From: Candidatus Tayloriibacteriota bacterium
GTDB taxonomy: Bacteria; Patescibacteriota; Minisyncoccia; Phycocordibacterales; PALSA-1337
DNA: 64,000 bases
Direction: 5' to 3'
Assembly (NCBI GenBank): GCA_016215455.1
Contig: JACRJP010000003.1
Location: 66,657 to 130,656, forward strand
Shown here piece by piece: positions 20,602-30,061 of the stretch. A program made the translations under genes and the position numbers. The notes beneath the pieces were generated by a model. That model was not told where the DNA came from. It searched no databases and saw nothing but the letters and a program-made list of their open reading frames with translations. Position 1 is the stretch's first letter. Each line of letters starts with the position of its first letter.

Positions 20602-21750
20602 CTACTCAGCCTTTACGAACTTGCCACCCCTCACAGTTTGCATCTCAAATGCATCATCAGGTGTTATCAAATAACCCTTTTGATCAAAAGAAATTCTTGA
20701 CAAAGCGGCACCCTTCATATCTTTTGTCTCAGCGATAGCGTCTCGCAAAGTCTGGCCTCCCTTCCCCTTAGTTTTTTCAAGTCCACGAGCAATAACAAAT
20801 ACAGCATCATACGCAGTTACTGCTGATGGATACTGTGGAACATGTCCATATCGTGCAGCGTATACATTTTCAAATTTCTGATACTCAGTCGAATGTTTTG
20901 GTGTTGAGAAATACGATGTCTCAAGATCACGGGCACATGTGGATAATGAGTTATAGTTACCCGCAGCTTCAGTTGCAAGAATTGGTACAGTGAGACCAAG
21001 TTCTCGTGCTTGTTTAGCAAAGACACACTGAGCAGGATCAGTTTCAACAATGAATACAGCGTCCGGATTACTTTGTCGAACCTTAGCGATAGGAGTACGA
21101 AAATCTGTAATCAATGGATTACCGAGGTCCATATCACCAATAATAGTCACACCATATTGTGGAGCATATTCTGTAATAAGATCGGCTGTGAACTTCCAAA
21201 AACCGCCATTAACCGGTCGTATGATGTATATTTTCTTTAAATTATGCTGATTGGCATATGCGAGAATAGTTCGAATTCCAACTCGATTGTCGTACCATGT
21301 TGAAAAGAAGTATGGAGCATCTCTGTCTATCTCAACATGATTAGTAGCGTCAGGCGATATTGTAGGAATTTTTGCTGCCTCTATGAGCGGAATGATCGCT
21401 TCGGTAGGCTCGTCCCACTGTGCACCAACAATTGCAACAACCTTATCGACATCTATCAATTTACTCACTACGAGTGATGCATTTTTCATCTTATCCAATG
21501 AAAGATCTCCTTCGACTAATGCAAGTTGACGACCATCAATGCCGCCTTGTGCGTTAATCTCTTCAACAGCAAGTCGTGCGCCGTTTCTTTCCTCTTCACC
21601 AGGAGCAACTCCAATACCTGTCAAAGCAGATATGCTACCTATATTAATAACAGCACCTTCAGATAGCGCAGGCTGTCGCATATATATAGCAGAAACAGCC
21701 ACTCCCAGAACAACGAGAACAAAAAGGCTTTTAATTACACGTTTCGACAT
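20602..21750 (-). CDS. LivK/LivJ-family substrate-binding protein, membrane-anchored (SBP9)
   Basis: TM anchor. INIGSISALTGIGVAPGEE, EEINAQGGIDGRQLALVEGD. Confidence 0.85.
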   Translation of the reverse strand: MSKRVIKSLFVLVVLGVAVSAIYMRQPALSEGAVINIGSISALTGIGVAPGEEERNGARLAVEEINAQGGIDGRQLALVEGDLSLDKMKNASLVVSKLIDVDKVVAIVGAQWDEPTEAIIPLIEAAKIPTISPDATNHVEIDRDAPYFFSTWYDNRVGIRTILAYANQHNLKKIYIIRPVNGGFWKFTADLITEYAPQYGVTIIGDMDLGNPLITDFRTPIAKVRQSNPDAVFIVETDPAQCVFAKQARELGLTVPILATEAAGNYNSLSTCARDLETSYFSTPKHSTEYQKFENVYAARYGHVPQYPSAVTAYDAVFVIARGLEKTKGKGGQTLRDAIAETKDMKGAALSRISFDQKGYLITPDDAFEMQTVRGGKFVKAE

Positions 21751-21838
21751 AGTGATTATATTTAATATGGTAATCCTATAATAATATGCTAATATATAAA
21801 TTAAGCAAACACTCCCTAGTAGGAGAGTAATTAATTAT

Positions 21839-22591
21839 ATGCAAACACCTTACCCGCGCATTCTCAAACAATTTGGACTCAATCCAAACGACATTAAGAT
21901 ATATAGGACTCTCTATAACCTCGGTAGATCAAAAACAGGTATTATCATACGCGAGACAGCGATCGCCAGTTCACGTGTCTACGCTTCCCTACAGAACCTT
22001 GTGCGCAAAGGCCTCGTTTCATATCAGGTTAAAAACAACATTAAATATTATCAAGCCGAACTACCTGATCAACTTATTGAGGAGGCTGAGGATAATGTCG
22101 AGGAGTTGAAGGGTTTCGCCGACAATCTTAAACTATTCCCTATTTCAAAAAATAAGCGTAACGAAACTAATACATATGAAGGAGTACACGGACTCAAGAT
22201 GGCATACGAGCAACACACCGAAAATCTTGAAAAAGGAGAGACTGTTTCGATCATCGCTTTTGTGGGAGAGGAGTATGCGTCATCACAACCTATCCGGCTT
22301 TTCTTTTCAAAAACAATAGATCGTATAATGATCGAAAAAAAATGCCACGGCAAAATGATCACTCACAAAGAAATTAAAAAGATTATCAAACGTGACCGGC
22401 CTGACAGCTCTATCTATACGATTCGACACTTATCTGAGAACTACACTCTTCCCTACACGGTTAATATTTCAAAAAAAGAAGTTGTCATGGGTGTTTGGGG
22501 CGACGAACCAACAGTATTTACTATCAGCAATCCAGTAGTGGTAAGCGCCTTCCAAAAAAACTTCGATTATCTGTGGAAAATCGCCAAATAA
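21839..22591 (+). CDS. TrmB-family winged-helix transcriptional regulator (copy 4)
   Basis: HTH GLNPNDIKIYRTLYNLGRSKTGIIIRETAIASSRVYASLQNLVRKGLV. 250 aa. Divergent from the SBP9-SBP8 pair. Confidence 0.7.
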   Translation: MQTPYPRILKQFGLNPNDIKIYRTLYNLGRSKTGIIIRETAIASSRVYASLQNLVRKGLVSYQVKNNIKYYQAELPDQLIEEAEDNVEELKGFADNLKLFPISKNKRNETNTYEGVHGLKMAYEQHTENLEKGETVSIIAFVGEEYASSQPIRLFFSKTIDRIMIEKKCHGKMITHKEIKKIIKRDRPDSSIYTIRHLSENYTLPYTVNISKKEVVMGVWGDEPTVFTISNPVVVSAFQKNFDYLWKIAK

Positions 22592-22605
22592 CAACAATAT
22601 CGAGG

Positions 22606-23271
22606 TTATACACCTACCTTGTAATATCTCCACTTGTAACCGATTGCATCAATTTCTTCAAAAGAGAGAACTCTATATCCATATCTTCCAATCATCATTT
22701 CAAAATCAGAAAAATCATCCTCACCTTTAAAATTAATATGAGTTATTGCGATATTCCCTTCTGGTGATACATAAGATTTTGCTTCTTCAAGAAATCTTTT
22801 GTGGATTTGATATTCAGGATCATAGAGTGATGATTCAATAATACCTTCAATAGGAAAGTCTGTTATGGGTAGATTTGCGATGATGAGATCGAATTTGTCC
22901 TTGGGAACATTTTCGAATACATCACTTTCGATTACTTCTACTATTTCTCCTACACCATTCCTTTGTGCATTATCTTGCGCGCATTTTACAGCATCCTTGT
23001 TGATATCAACTGCAACTACTTTTTGTGCACCCATTTTTGCTGCCCTAATAGCATGGATACCTGTACCAGTTCCTATATCAAGAACTTTTTTATTCTTCAA
23101 ATCCCCAAAGACATGATGTAACTCTATGGATGAGTGAGAAAATTTACTCTGGGGAGGAAAAACATTTTTACATGTTTGAATCTGTATACCATCAATATCA
23201 AGAATCTTGGATTCCTGATTTTTAATATCGATAAGAAAATCCTGAGTAAGTTGTGGATTAATCTTTTTCAT
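22606..23271 (-). CDS. Class I SAM-dependent methyltransferase (MTS/HemK-like small-domain type)
   Basis: VLDIGTGTGIHAIRAA SAM motif, VAVDIN motif II, DLIIANLP in place of the NPPY-type motif IV. Last gene of the coiled-coil/livH/livM operon. Confidence 0.6.
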   Translation of the reverse strand: MKKINPQLTQDFLIDIKNQESKILDIDGIQIQTCKNVFPPQSKFSHSSIELHHVFGDLKNKKVLDIGTGTGIHAIRAAKMGAQKVVAVDINKDAVKCAQDNAQRNGVGEIVEVIESDVFENVPKDKFDLIIANLPITDFPIEGIIESSLYDPEYQIHKRFLEEAKSYVSPEGNIAITHINFKGEDDFSDFEMMIGRYGYRVLSFEEIDAIGYKWRYYKVGV

Positions 23272-23306
23272 TTATTACTTAGCATAGTGCAATTTAATAA
23301 ACTTCT

Positions 23307-24173
23307 TTAAAGCTTATATTCCCCCACCAAACCTTGCGGCCGATACAACATGAGAAGAATCAAAATGACACCGTATGACACCTGGCGCATTTGAGCAGCG
23401 ATATCTGATGGGAAACCAACGAAACGGAGAATTTCTGGAAGAAGAATGAGAATGACGGCACCCAACACTGCCCCTTTATTATTCGCCAAACCTCCCATGA
23501 TGATGATAGCGAGAAGAAAGATTGATTCGTTCAGAGTAAATGTTGAAGGATCAATGAAGGTGATGTAACTTGCAAAGAGTGACCCTGCAATTGAAGCGAG
23601 CATTGCACCGATAACAAAGATTGCGAGTTTATAGAACAGAGTATTGTAACCAAATACTCGAATCGCATCTTCATCTTCACGAATAGCTTTAAGAACGCGA
23701 CCGAATGAAGATTTCACAATATACTGTGATACTCCATATACAAGAAGAAGTGCAAGTGCCGACAAAAGAAGGAACCAAATATTTTCTGAGAACGTAAAAC
23801 CAAAAAGTGAGGGTCGTGGAATGCCAGGAATACCAAGAGGGCCTCGTGTCAGTGACTGCCAATTCAAAAAGATACTGTATACGATAATGTTGAAACCGAA
23901 TGATCCGAGTGCGTAATAGTCATCTTTGAATTTCGACAAAACAAAACCAATGAGCAAACTTACCACACCTGAAATAATCATTCCAAGAATAACTGATACA
24001 AAGAAATTCATTCCTGTTGTCGTGAGAAGAATTGCTGTTGCATATGCTCCCATTCCATAGAACGCAGCCTGAGTCACTGACAACAACCCTGTCACACCCA
24101 CAATAAGATTGAGCGATAGGCCCAAGATGCCGTAGATACAGATCAGTATGGCGATGTGGATGAGATATTCCAT
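23307..24173 (-). CDS. livM: Branched-chain amino acid ABC transporter permease LivM-like
   Basis: 288-aa polytopic membrane protein of the branched-chain amino acid permease fold. Adjacent to livH. Confidence 0.8.
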   Translation of the reverse strand: MEYLIHIAILICIYGILGLSLNLIVGVTGLLSVTQAAFYGMGAYATAILLTTTGMNFFVSVILGMIISGVVSLLIGFVLSKFKDDYYALGSFGFNIIVYSIFLNWQSLTRGPLGIPGIPRPSLFGFTFSENIWFLLLSALALLLVYGVSQYIVKSSFGRVLKAIREDEDAIRVFGYNTLFYKLAIFVIGAMLASIAGSLFASYITFIDPSTFTLNESIFLLAIIIMGGLANNKGAVLGAVILILLPEILRFVGFPSDIAAQMRQVSYGVILILLMLYRPQGLVGEYKL

Positions 24174-24174
24174 A

Positions 24175-25041
24175 TTATTTCTTTAATATTCCCTGCGGCC
24201 GAACAAGAAGGAATATGATGAGTACACCGAATGCAATAGCATCTTTCCATTCTCCTGAAATTTTCCAAATACCGAAGTTCTCAACAAAACCAAGAAGGAA
24301 TGCACCAAGAACTCCACCATATATATTACCAATACCACCAATGATAGAGGCGATAACTCCCTTTAAAAGAAGTGAAAGCCCCATCGTTGGTTCAATTCCT
24401 GTATCAAATCCTACCAATATACCTGCAAGTCCCGCGATTGCTGAACCGATAAAGAACACCTTACCGATAATTGATCGGGTATTGATCCCTACAATCTTTG
24501 AAACTTCCTCATCATCTCCTACCGCCTTCACCGCCTTACCAAACATCGTGTACTTGAGAGTAAGTGCCATAGCGAACATAAGCACGAGACCAGTGATGAG
24601 AATAATAAGTTGGACCTGCGTAATGACTCCACCAGCTATTTCAAATACTCGTTCATCTCCTGCACTTCGAGAAAGAGTTTGAAACTGACTTGTAAAAAGG
24701 ATTGCGAGCACGGACTGTAGTGCAGTAAAAGCACCGAGAGCAGCTACGAGTAGCACCATACTTGAGGACTTTCTTTCACGAAGTGGTGCATAGATAGAAC
24801 GATAGATAAAGAAACCAATGAGTCCTGCTATAACCATACCAAGCGGAATAGCGATCCAGAGACTAAGACCAAGTGTTTTATAAAAATAGAAGACTGCATA
24901 GCCACCCACTGCTGCAAGTGCGCCGTATCCAAGATCAAAGAATTTTGCAGTACCGTAGATGAGATTAAAACCAAGTGCCACCATCGTATAAATCGCTCCT
25001 GCAATAATACTATTGACGATAAGTTGTGGGACAATGTCCAT
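24175..25041 (-). CDS. livH: Branched-chain amino acid ABC transporter permease LivH-like
   Basis: 288-aa polytopic permease. Gene abuts livM with a 1-nt gap (stop at 24175, livM start at 24173). Conserved permease loop region. Confidence 0.8.
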   Translation of the reverse strand: MDIVPQLIVNSIIAGAIYTMVALGFNLIYGTAKFFDLGYGALAAVGGYAVFYFYKTLGLSLWIAIPLGMVIAGLIGFFIYRSIYAPLRERKSSSMVLLVAALGAFTALQSVLAILFTSQFQTLSRSAGDERVFEIAGGVITQVQLIILITGLVLMFAMALTLKYTMFGKAVKAVGDDEEVSKIVGINTRSIIGKVFFIGSAIAGLAGILVGFDTGIEPTMGLSLLLKGVIASIIGGIGNIYGGVLGAFLLGFVENFGIWKISGEWKDAIAFGVLIIFLLVRPQGILKK

Positions 25042-25069
25042 GGCCTACATTATATGCCCCCGGAGGATT

Positions 25070-25411
25070 TTAGGAAAGTTTATGTTCGAGTTTACGCACC
25101 CTCTTTTCTAAAGCGCGATGATCTTCATATTTTACTCGTGTAATAGACAAATCGTCGATCCTTCGTTCAAGGCCATCAAAACGATAAATTGTATATTCTT
25201 TAAATTCAACAAATTCTTTATAGAAATTGTCGATTCTACCATTCGTATCTTCAAATCCTCGTGCAACCATCAAAGCAAACTCTTCAAAACGAGCATCGAG
25301 TTTAGTATCGATAAGAACATCAATTTTCTTTTCGAATCTAATTTCAAAATCATCGAAAAGACCCTTGATAAGGGTGATGTCTGCTGAATTGAGTGTTGGC
25401 TGAATATTCAT
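25070..25411 (-). CDS. Hypothetical coiled-coil protein, paralog B (first copy at 6591-6917)
   Basis: Start refined to MNIQPTLNSADITLIKG (ATG at 25409-25411). C-terminal V.YEDHRALEKRVRKLEHK mirrors V.YVDHKTLSKRVDKLEEK of paralog A. Lies 29 nt upstream of livH. Confidence 0.5.
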   Translation of the reverse strand: MNIQPTLNSADITLIKGLFDDFEIRFEKKIDVLIDTKLDARFEEFALMVARGFEDTNGRIDNFYKEFVEFKEYTIYRFDGLERRIDDLSITRVKYEDHRALEKRVRKLEHKLS

Positions 25412-25508
25412 ACTTTCTATTGTGCTGAGTATAAAATACTTCCCTACAAAAGACCATAAAATTCTGTTCAAAAAATCTCAAAAACTTTATCAGAATTTCA
25501 TACAACAA

Positions 25509-25541
25509 AAAAGACCCTGTTATTGAGGGTCTTTTTTGTTG
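25509..25541. terminator. Bidirectional hairpin terminator
   Basis: aaaaaAGACCCTgttattgAGGGTCTttttt, separating SBP10 from the coiled-coil/livHM operon. Confidence 0.6.
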
Positions 25542-25553
25542 TATGGATGATAA

Positions 25554-26669
25554 TTATTTTAAATCAACAAGACTACCATTAACAATTTGTCGAACTCGAT
25601 AAGCTGGATTCTTTACATCACCATATTGATCAAACTGAATATGCCCTGAAACCCCTTGAAAATCACTCGCTCGTACAGCGTCTGAGAGTTTATCAGGATC
25701 ACTCACACCAACCTGTTTAATCGCAGCAAAAACTGCCTGAGCTGCATCATATGCTTGAGGTGCACATGTTGGAACTTGATCTCCTCCAGTCTTAGCAAGT
25801 AATTTTTTAGCGAAATCAGGAGTTGGATTTGCAACAGATTCAGTAAATAGGATATCTATTGCTTTAGGAAGGTTTGCGAGGAATTTTGTGTCTCCAAATG
25901 TTTCTGAAGCAAACAATTTTGCTGTTATTCCAAGATCTTTGATCTGTTTAACAACGACAGTTGCACCTTCTGGATAAAGAGCGAAGTAAATATAGTCAGG
26001 TTTTGTATTCTTAATCTTAGTTAACTGTGTTTTATAATCTCGAACATCTGCAGTAACACCCTCTTCTGCTACCACCGTACCACCAAGTTCCTTAAATCGA
26101 TTAATGAAGACCTCCTTAAGTCCAGACCCATAATCACTTATATGGTAGATTAGAGCTACCTTACGTGCACCTAGATCATTATAAAGGTATTCAGCCGCGT
26201 ATCTTCCTTGAAGAGCATCTGACGGATACGTTCGGAAAAAGAATTTACCTGAATTACTCAATGGAGGGGCTGACGAACAGTATGAAACAACAATCTTCTT
26301 TGTCTCCATTGCTGATTTTACAAAGGCTGAGGTCTCACCTGAACACAAACCACCAATAACTCCACTCACCTTATCGATATTGAATAATTTTTGTGCTGCA
26401 TTAGTTGCTGGCAAAGGAGAACATTTTCCATCCTCATAGATAACCTCGACTTTTTGACCATTGAGACCGCCCGCAGCATTTACCTCATCGGCAGCGACCT
26501 CTACTGCTGCTCGAGAAGCAAGACCTAGAGATGACGCATCCCCAGTTAGAGGACCGACAAACCCAATCTTAATCGGACTCGTTTCTTTCTCTGTACGTGT
26601 TCCAAAAGCGAGCACGAGTATCACTACAAGAACGATACTACCTACCACCCATTTGCCGAATTTAGACAT
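25554..26669 (-). CDS. LivK/LivJ-family substrate-binding protein, membrane-anchored (SBP10)
   Basis: TM anchor. IKIGFVGPLTGDASSLG, EVNAAGGLNGQKVEVIYEDGKC. Confidence 0.85.
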   Translation of the reverse strand: MSKFGKWVVGSIVLVVILVLAFGTRTEKETSPIKIGFVGPLTGDASSLGLASRAAVEVAADEVNAAGGLNGQKVEVIYEDGKCSPLPATNAAQKLFNIDKVSGVIGGLCSGETSAFVKSAMETKKIVVSYCSSAPPLSNSGKFFFRTYPSDALQGRYAAEYLYNDLGARKVALIYHISDYGSGLKEVFINRFKELGGTVVAEEGVTADVRDYKTQLTKIKNTKPDYIYFALYPEGATVVVKQIKDLGITAKLFASETFGDTKFLANLPKAIDILFTESVANPTPDFAKKLLAKTGGDQVPTCAPQAYDAAQAVFAAIKQVGVSDPDKLSDAVRASDFQGVSGHIQFDQYGDVKNPAYRVRQIVNGSLVDLK

Positions 26670-26709
26670 AATAATATCCTTATTTGTAATAAGGATATTA
26701 TATACCTCT

Positions 26710-27810
26710 CTATTGTATTGTCACTGACTTACCATCTTGAATTATTCTCAGCACCGCCTTCGACACCACCAGTCCATCAGCATCAATCTTGAGTCCATTT
26801 CCCAAAGCTCCATTATAGTTATTAATTCTAAGGAGAGCTTGAGTAATGTCTGAAGTATTTGGTAACGACTTCTTTTCAATAGATTCTGTTGCTTCGACTA
26901 TGATGCCTAAAATATCATATCCATTTGGGGTTGCTATCGAAGGATTCTTTTGAAACTTGTCACTATACATTTTTGTAAATCCTGAAGTCGGATCAGCAGC
27001 ATTCACGTACCACAAATTCTCAAACATTCCAGGATTATCAGATAACTCAAACGATTCAATCGACGTCAAAGGAATTTTTACCCCCGCTTCACGAATCTGT
27101 TTTGTCAGTACTTCAAGTTCTGGAGAAAACATCATGAGGACAGTATAGTCCGCACCCGAATTCTTTAACTGACTTACCTGAGTTCTAAAATCTTTTGTTC
27201 CGAACGACGTGACACTCTCGTACACAATCTCAATATCAGTACCTGATATTTGTTTCTTGAGTTCCTTAATCATTTCAGTAATACCAGAAATCTGCTGACC
27301 AAAAACTGCAATCTTCTTGATTTGACGTTTTTCTGCTTCCTTCACAAAAAGACCGATCTCTTCAACTGGAGGAGTCCAATTAATGAAATTGTAATCTCCT
27401 TTTGCAATATTCGGATCAGAGGCAATACCAAAATGAATAATTTTATTTTTCTCAGCAAGTGGATTAACCGCAGATCCTGCCGCAGAAGCAAAAGTCACAA
27501 CAGCCTGTACTTTGTCATAGTCCACAAGTTTTTGAAAAGCTGAAACTGTTCGTGCAGGAACAAATCCATCATCTTCAAAAACTGCTTCATATGTATACTT
27601 TGTATTCTTCTTTTGAGCTTCCTCGACAGCAAGAAGAACTGCATTTTTTACACCTTCTCCCAAGAAAGCAACATTACCTGATAATGGGAGAATATATCCG
27701 ATTTTAATAACTGGCTTCTCTGGTGTATCTACTGATTTTTCTTTATATATCACACTACCTACAACCACGATTACGATAATACTAACAAGGGTAATAATTT
27801 TATATTTCAT
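26710..27810 (-). CDS. LivK/LivJ-family substrate-binding protein, membrane-anchored (SBP11)
   Basis: TM anchor. IKIGYILPLSGNVAFLGEG. Periplasmic binding fold. Confidence 0.8.
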   Translation of the reverse strand: MKYKIITLVSIIVIVVVGSVIYKEKSVDTPEKPVIKIGYILPLSGNVAFLGEGVKNAVLLAVEEAQKKNTKYTYEAVFEDDGFVPARTVSAFQKLVDYDKVQAVVTFASAAGSAVNPLAEKNKIIHFGIASDPNIAKGDYNFINWTPPVEEIGLFVKEAEKRQIKKIAVFGQQISGITEMIKELKKQISGTDIEIVYESVTSFGTKDFRTQVSQLKNSGADYTVLMMFSPELEVLTKQIREAGVKIPLTSIESFELSDNPGMFENLWYVNAADPTSGFTKMYSDKFQKNPSIATPNGYDILGIIVEATESIEKKSLPNTSDITQALLRINNYNGALGNGLKIDADGLVVSKAVLRIIQDGKSVTIQ

Positions 27811-27964
27811 ATATTTATACTTACCCTAAAATTATAGGACAATTATTAATTATACATGTCAAATATATCTATACACACATCATTATACGGCTCTATATAT
27901 AGATATAATACATATTCTGTATATTTTGTTCGTCATAAGTAACAAAAAATGCTACGATACGCAT

Positions 27965-28768
27965 ATGATCTCCCATGAAGATTTAGTCCACAAAATCAAT
28001 AAAACGGGACTTACCGACAAAGAATCTTTTGTCTATAGCTATCTCATTGAAACAGGAGGTGGGTACCCCTCAAAAATATCTGAAGTAACAAAATTAAACC
28101 GAAGTACGGTATATAAGATTCTTACTTCCCTTGCTGTTAAAGGATTGGTAACTGAAATCGAAAAAAGAAAGAAGCTATTCTTTCAACCAGAATCTCCCGA
28201 AAAACTTCTTCGCTTTGCAGAAATGAAGAAACAACGTGCGTCCGAAGATCTTGAGTACGCTAAAAAAGTATTTCCTGAACTCGAAGCTCTCTTTTCTCTT
28301 TCTCCAGGTAAACCTGTTGTTAGATTCTTTCAAGACAAAAGTGGAATCATGAGTATTTTTGAGGATCATATAAAAACCACTAAGGCGTATGAAATGGTGG
28401 GCTTTGCAAACATAGGAGGACTCGAAGATATATTTCCTAAAGACTTTTTTAGAAAATATGTAGCAACAAAAGAAAAATTAAAAATTACTACTCGAGGCAT
28501 CGTACAGGATACAACACAGGATCGCACCTTTAACGATCGAATGTATACAACTGTGCAAGCTGCATATAAGTTACAACTACGATATGTACCAAGTAAATAC
28601 ATTCCCCTACAAGGAGAACTTATTTGCTACGCTGAAAATAAAGTTTCAATTGTTAACAAAACTGAATCTGGCTTTGTTGGTATTATTATCGAAGACAAAC
28701 CTATTCACGAAATGGTTCGCAAAATATTTGAGCTCGCATGGATCGGAGCAGAAAAGTTTCAAAAGTAA
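27965..28768 (+). CDS. TrmB-family winged-helix transcriptional regulator (copy 5)
   Basis: Start refined to MISHEDLV. HTH GLTDKESFVYSYLIETGGGYPSKISEVTKLNRSTVYKILTSLAVKGLV. Divergent from the SBP11-SBP10 pair. Confidence 0.7.
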   Translation: MISHEDLVHKINKTGLTDKESFVYSYLIETGGGYPSKISEVTKLNRSTVYKILTSLAVKGLVTEIEKRKKLFFQPESPEKLLRFAEMKKQRASEDLEYAKKVFPELEALFSLSPGKPVVRFFQDKSGIMSIFEDHIKTTKAYEMVGFANIGGLEDIFPKDFFRKYVATKEKLKITTRGIVQDTTQDRTFNDRMYTTVQAAYKLQLRYVPSKYIPLQGELICYAENKVSIVNKTESGFVGIIIEDKPIHEMVRKIFELAWIGAEKFQK

Positions 28769-28776
28769 GCAGAGAC

Positions 28777-29400
28777 TTACCCTGCGTTGTATACACTCAT
28801 CGCCTTCTCACGACCTTCAAATACGATAGTTTCAATAGCTTCTACTGCGCGTTTAATTACTTTTTTGAGTTCTGCTTCCTCAACAGACTTAAATGGACCA
28901 AGAATAAACTTCTCTACCTCTTTATCACCATGAGGAACTTTTGTTTTTCCTGATGCTGTAGTTGGACTCACCCCAACTCGAATACGGACAAAGCCTTCAG
29001 TCTTTGCCGCTTTAATAACTGACTCTACACCATTATGACCTCCTGAACTTCGATTAAATGAAACTTTGAGTGAACCAAGAGGAATATGAAAATCATCATA
29101 GATAACAATCAACTTCTCTGCTTTCTTTGGACTTACCTTTCCCATAGTCGTTACAAGTGGTCCAATAGCCTTCCCTGAGTTGTTCATGAACGTTTCAGGC
29201 ATCATGAGAAGCAAAGATTCTTGTTGTTTTCCTTTTTTAAGATCAACTTTTGTTGTAAGAGCCTGAACTTTTTTTGTAGTAGCAAAATCTTCTGCTCCGT
29301 GAGCCTTCGCAAAAGCCTCAAGAACCATTCTTCCGACATTATGTCGTGTATTTTTATATTCTTCTCCTGGATTCCCGAGTCCTGCGATGATGTATGACAT
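28777..29400 (-). CDS. pth: Peptidyl-tRNA hydrolase
   Basis: Start refined to MSYIIAGLGNPGEEYKNTRHNVG (canonical Pth N-terminal motif). ~207 aa. Confidence 0.9.
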   Translation of the reverse strand: MSYIIAGLGNPGEEYKNTRHNVGRMVLEAFAKAHGAEDFATTKKVQALTTKVDLKKGKQQESLLLMMPETFMNNSGKAIGPLVTTMGKVSPKKAEKLIVIYDDFHIPLGSLKVSFNRSSGGHNGVESVIKAAKTEGFVRIRVGVSPTTASGKTKVPHGDKEVEKFILGPFKSVEEAELKKVIKRAVEAIETIVFEGREKAMSVYNAG

Positions 29401-29476
29401 GTACAAATAATACACAAGCAGCACGAAACGTACAACTGTCTTGTGTCAAAGGCCTTCGACGTATTACAATTGTGCC

Positions 29477-30061
29477 ATGACACCACTTGCTCCAGAAAAA
29501 AAAGAATCGTATCGAGAATTAATTATCACTATTCTCATAATCATCGCGATTCTCTTTCCAATACGTTATTACATAGTTCAACCATTCATTGTAAACGGAG
29601 CTTCAATGGATCCAACATTTACAACAGGACAATATCTTATCGTTGATGAACTCTCTTTCCGTTTTCATAAGCCTGAACGTGGTCAGGTTATTATTCTCAA
29701 GTATCCAAGAGACCCAAGTACTTACTTTATTAAAAGAATTGTTGGCTTACCGAATGACAACATTATGATCAAAGACGGTAAGGTAACAATTACGAACGCA
29801 GAATATCCCGAAGGATTTGAGCTCGAAGAAAACTACGTACAGATCAATCACATCTCTCACGAAACATACCAAATCACCCTTGGTCCCACCGAATACTTCG
29901 TCATGGGTGACAACAGATCACAGAGTTCTGATTCGAGAAGTTGGGGACCGCTTGATCGTGAATTAATTGTAGGACGACCACTACTCCGCCTATTACCACT
30001 AAGTAAGATAGACATATTTCCAGGAACTATCACGAACGACCATGAAAACAACCAAAAGTAG
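29477..30061 (+). CDS. lepB: Signal peptidase I
   Basis: TM helix then catalytic Ser motif GASMDPTF, Lys box IKRIVGLPND, and YFVMGDNRSQSSDSR box. Confidence 0.9.
   Translation: MTPLAPEKKESYRELIITILIIIAILFPIRYYIVQPFIVNGASMDPTFTTGQYLIVDELSFRFHKPERGQVIILKYPRDPSTYFIKRIVGLPNDNIMIKDGKVTITNAEYPEGFELEENYVQINHISHETYQITLGPTEYFVMGDNRSQSSDSRSWGPLDRELIVGRPLLRLLPLSKIDIFPGTITNDHENNQK

Noticed and set aside
24215-24682. 155-aa plus-strand ORF inside livH
   Set aside because: Antisense to a clear permease gene. Pro/Ser/Ile-rich junk translation.
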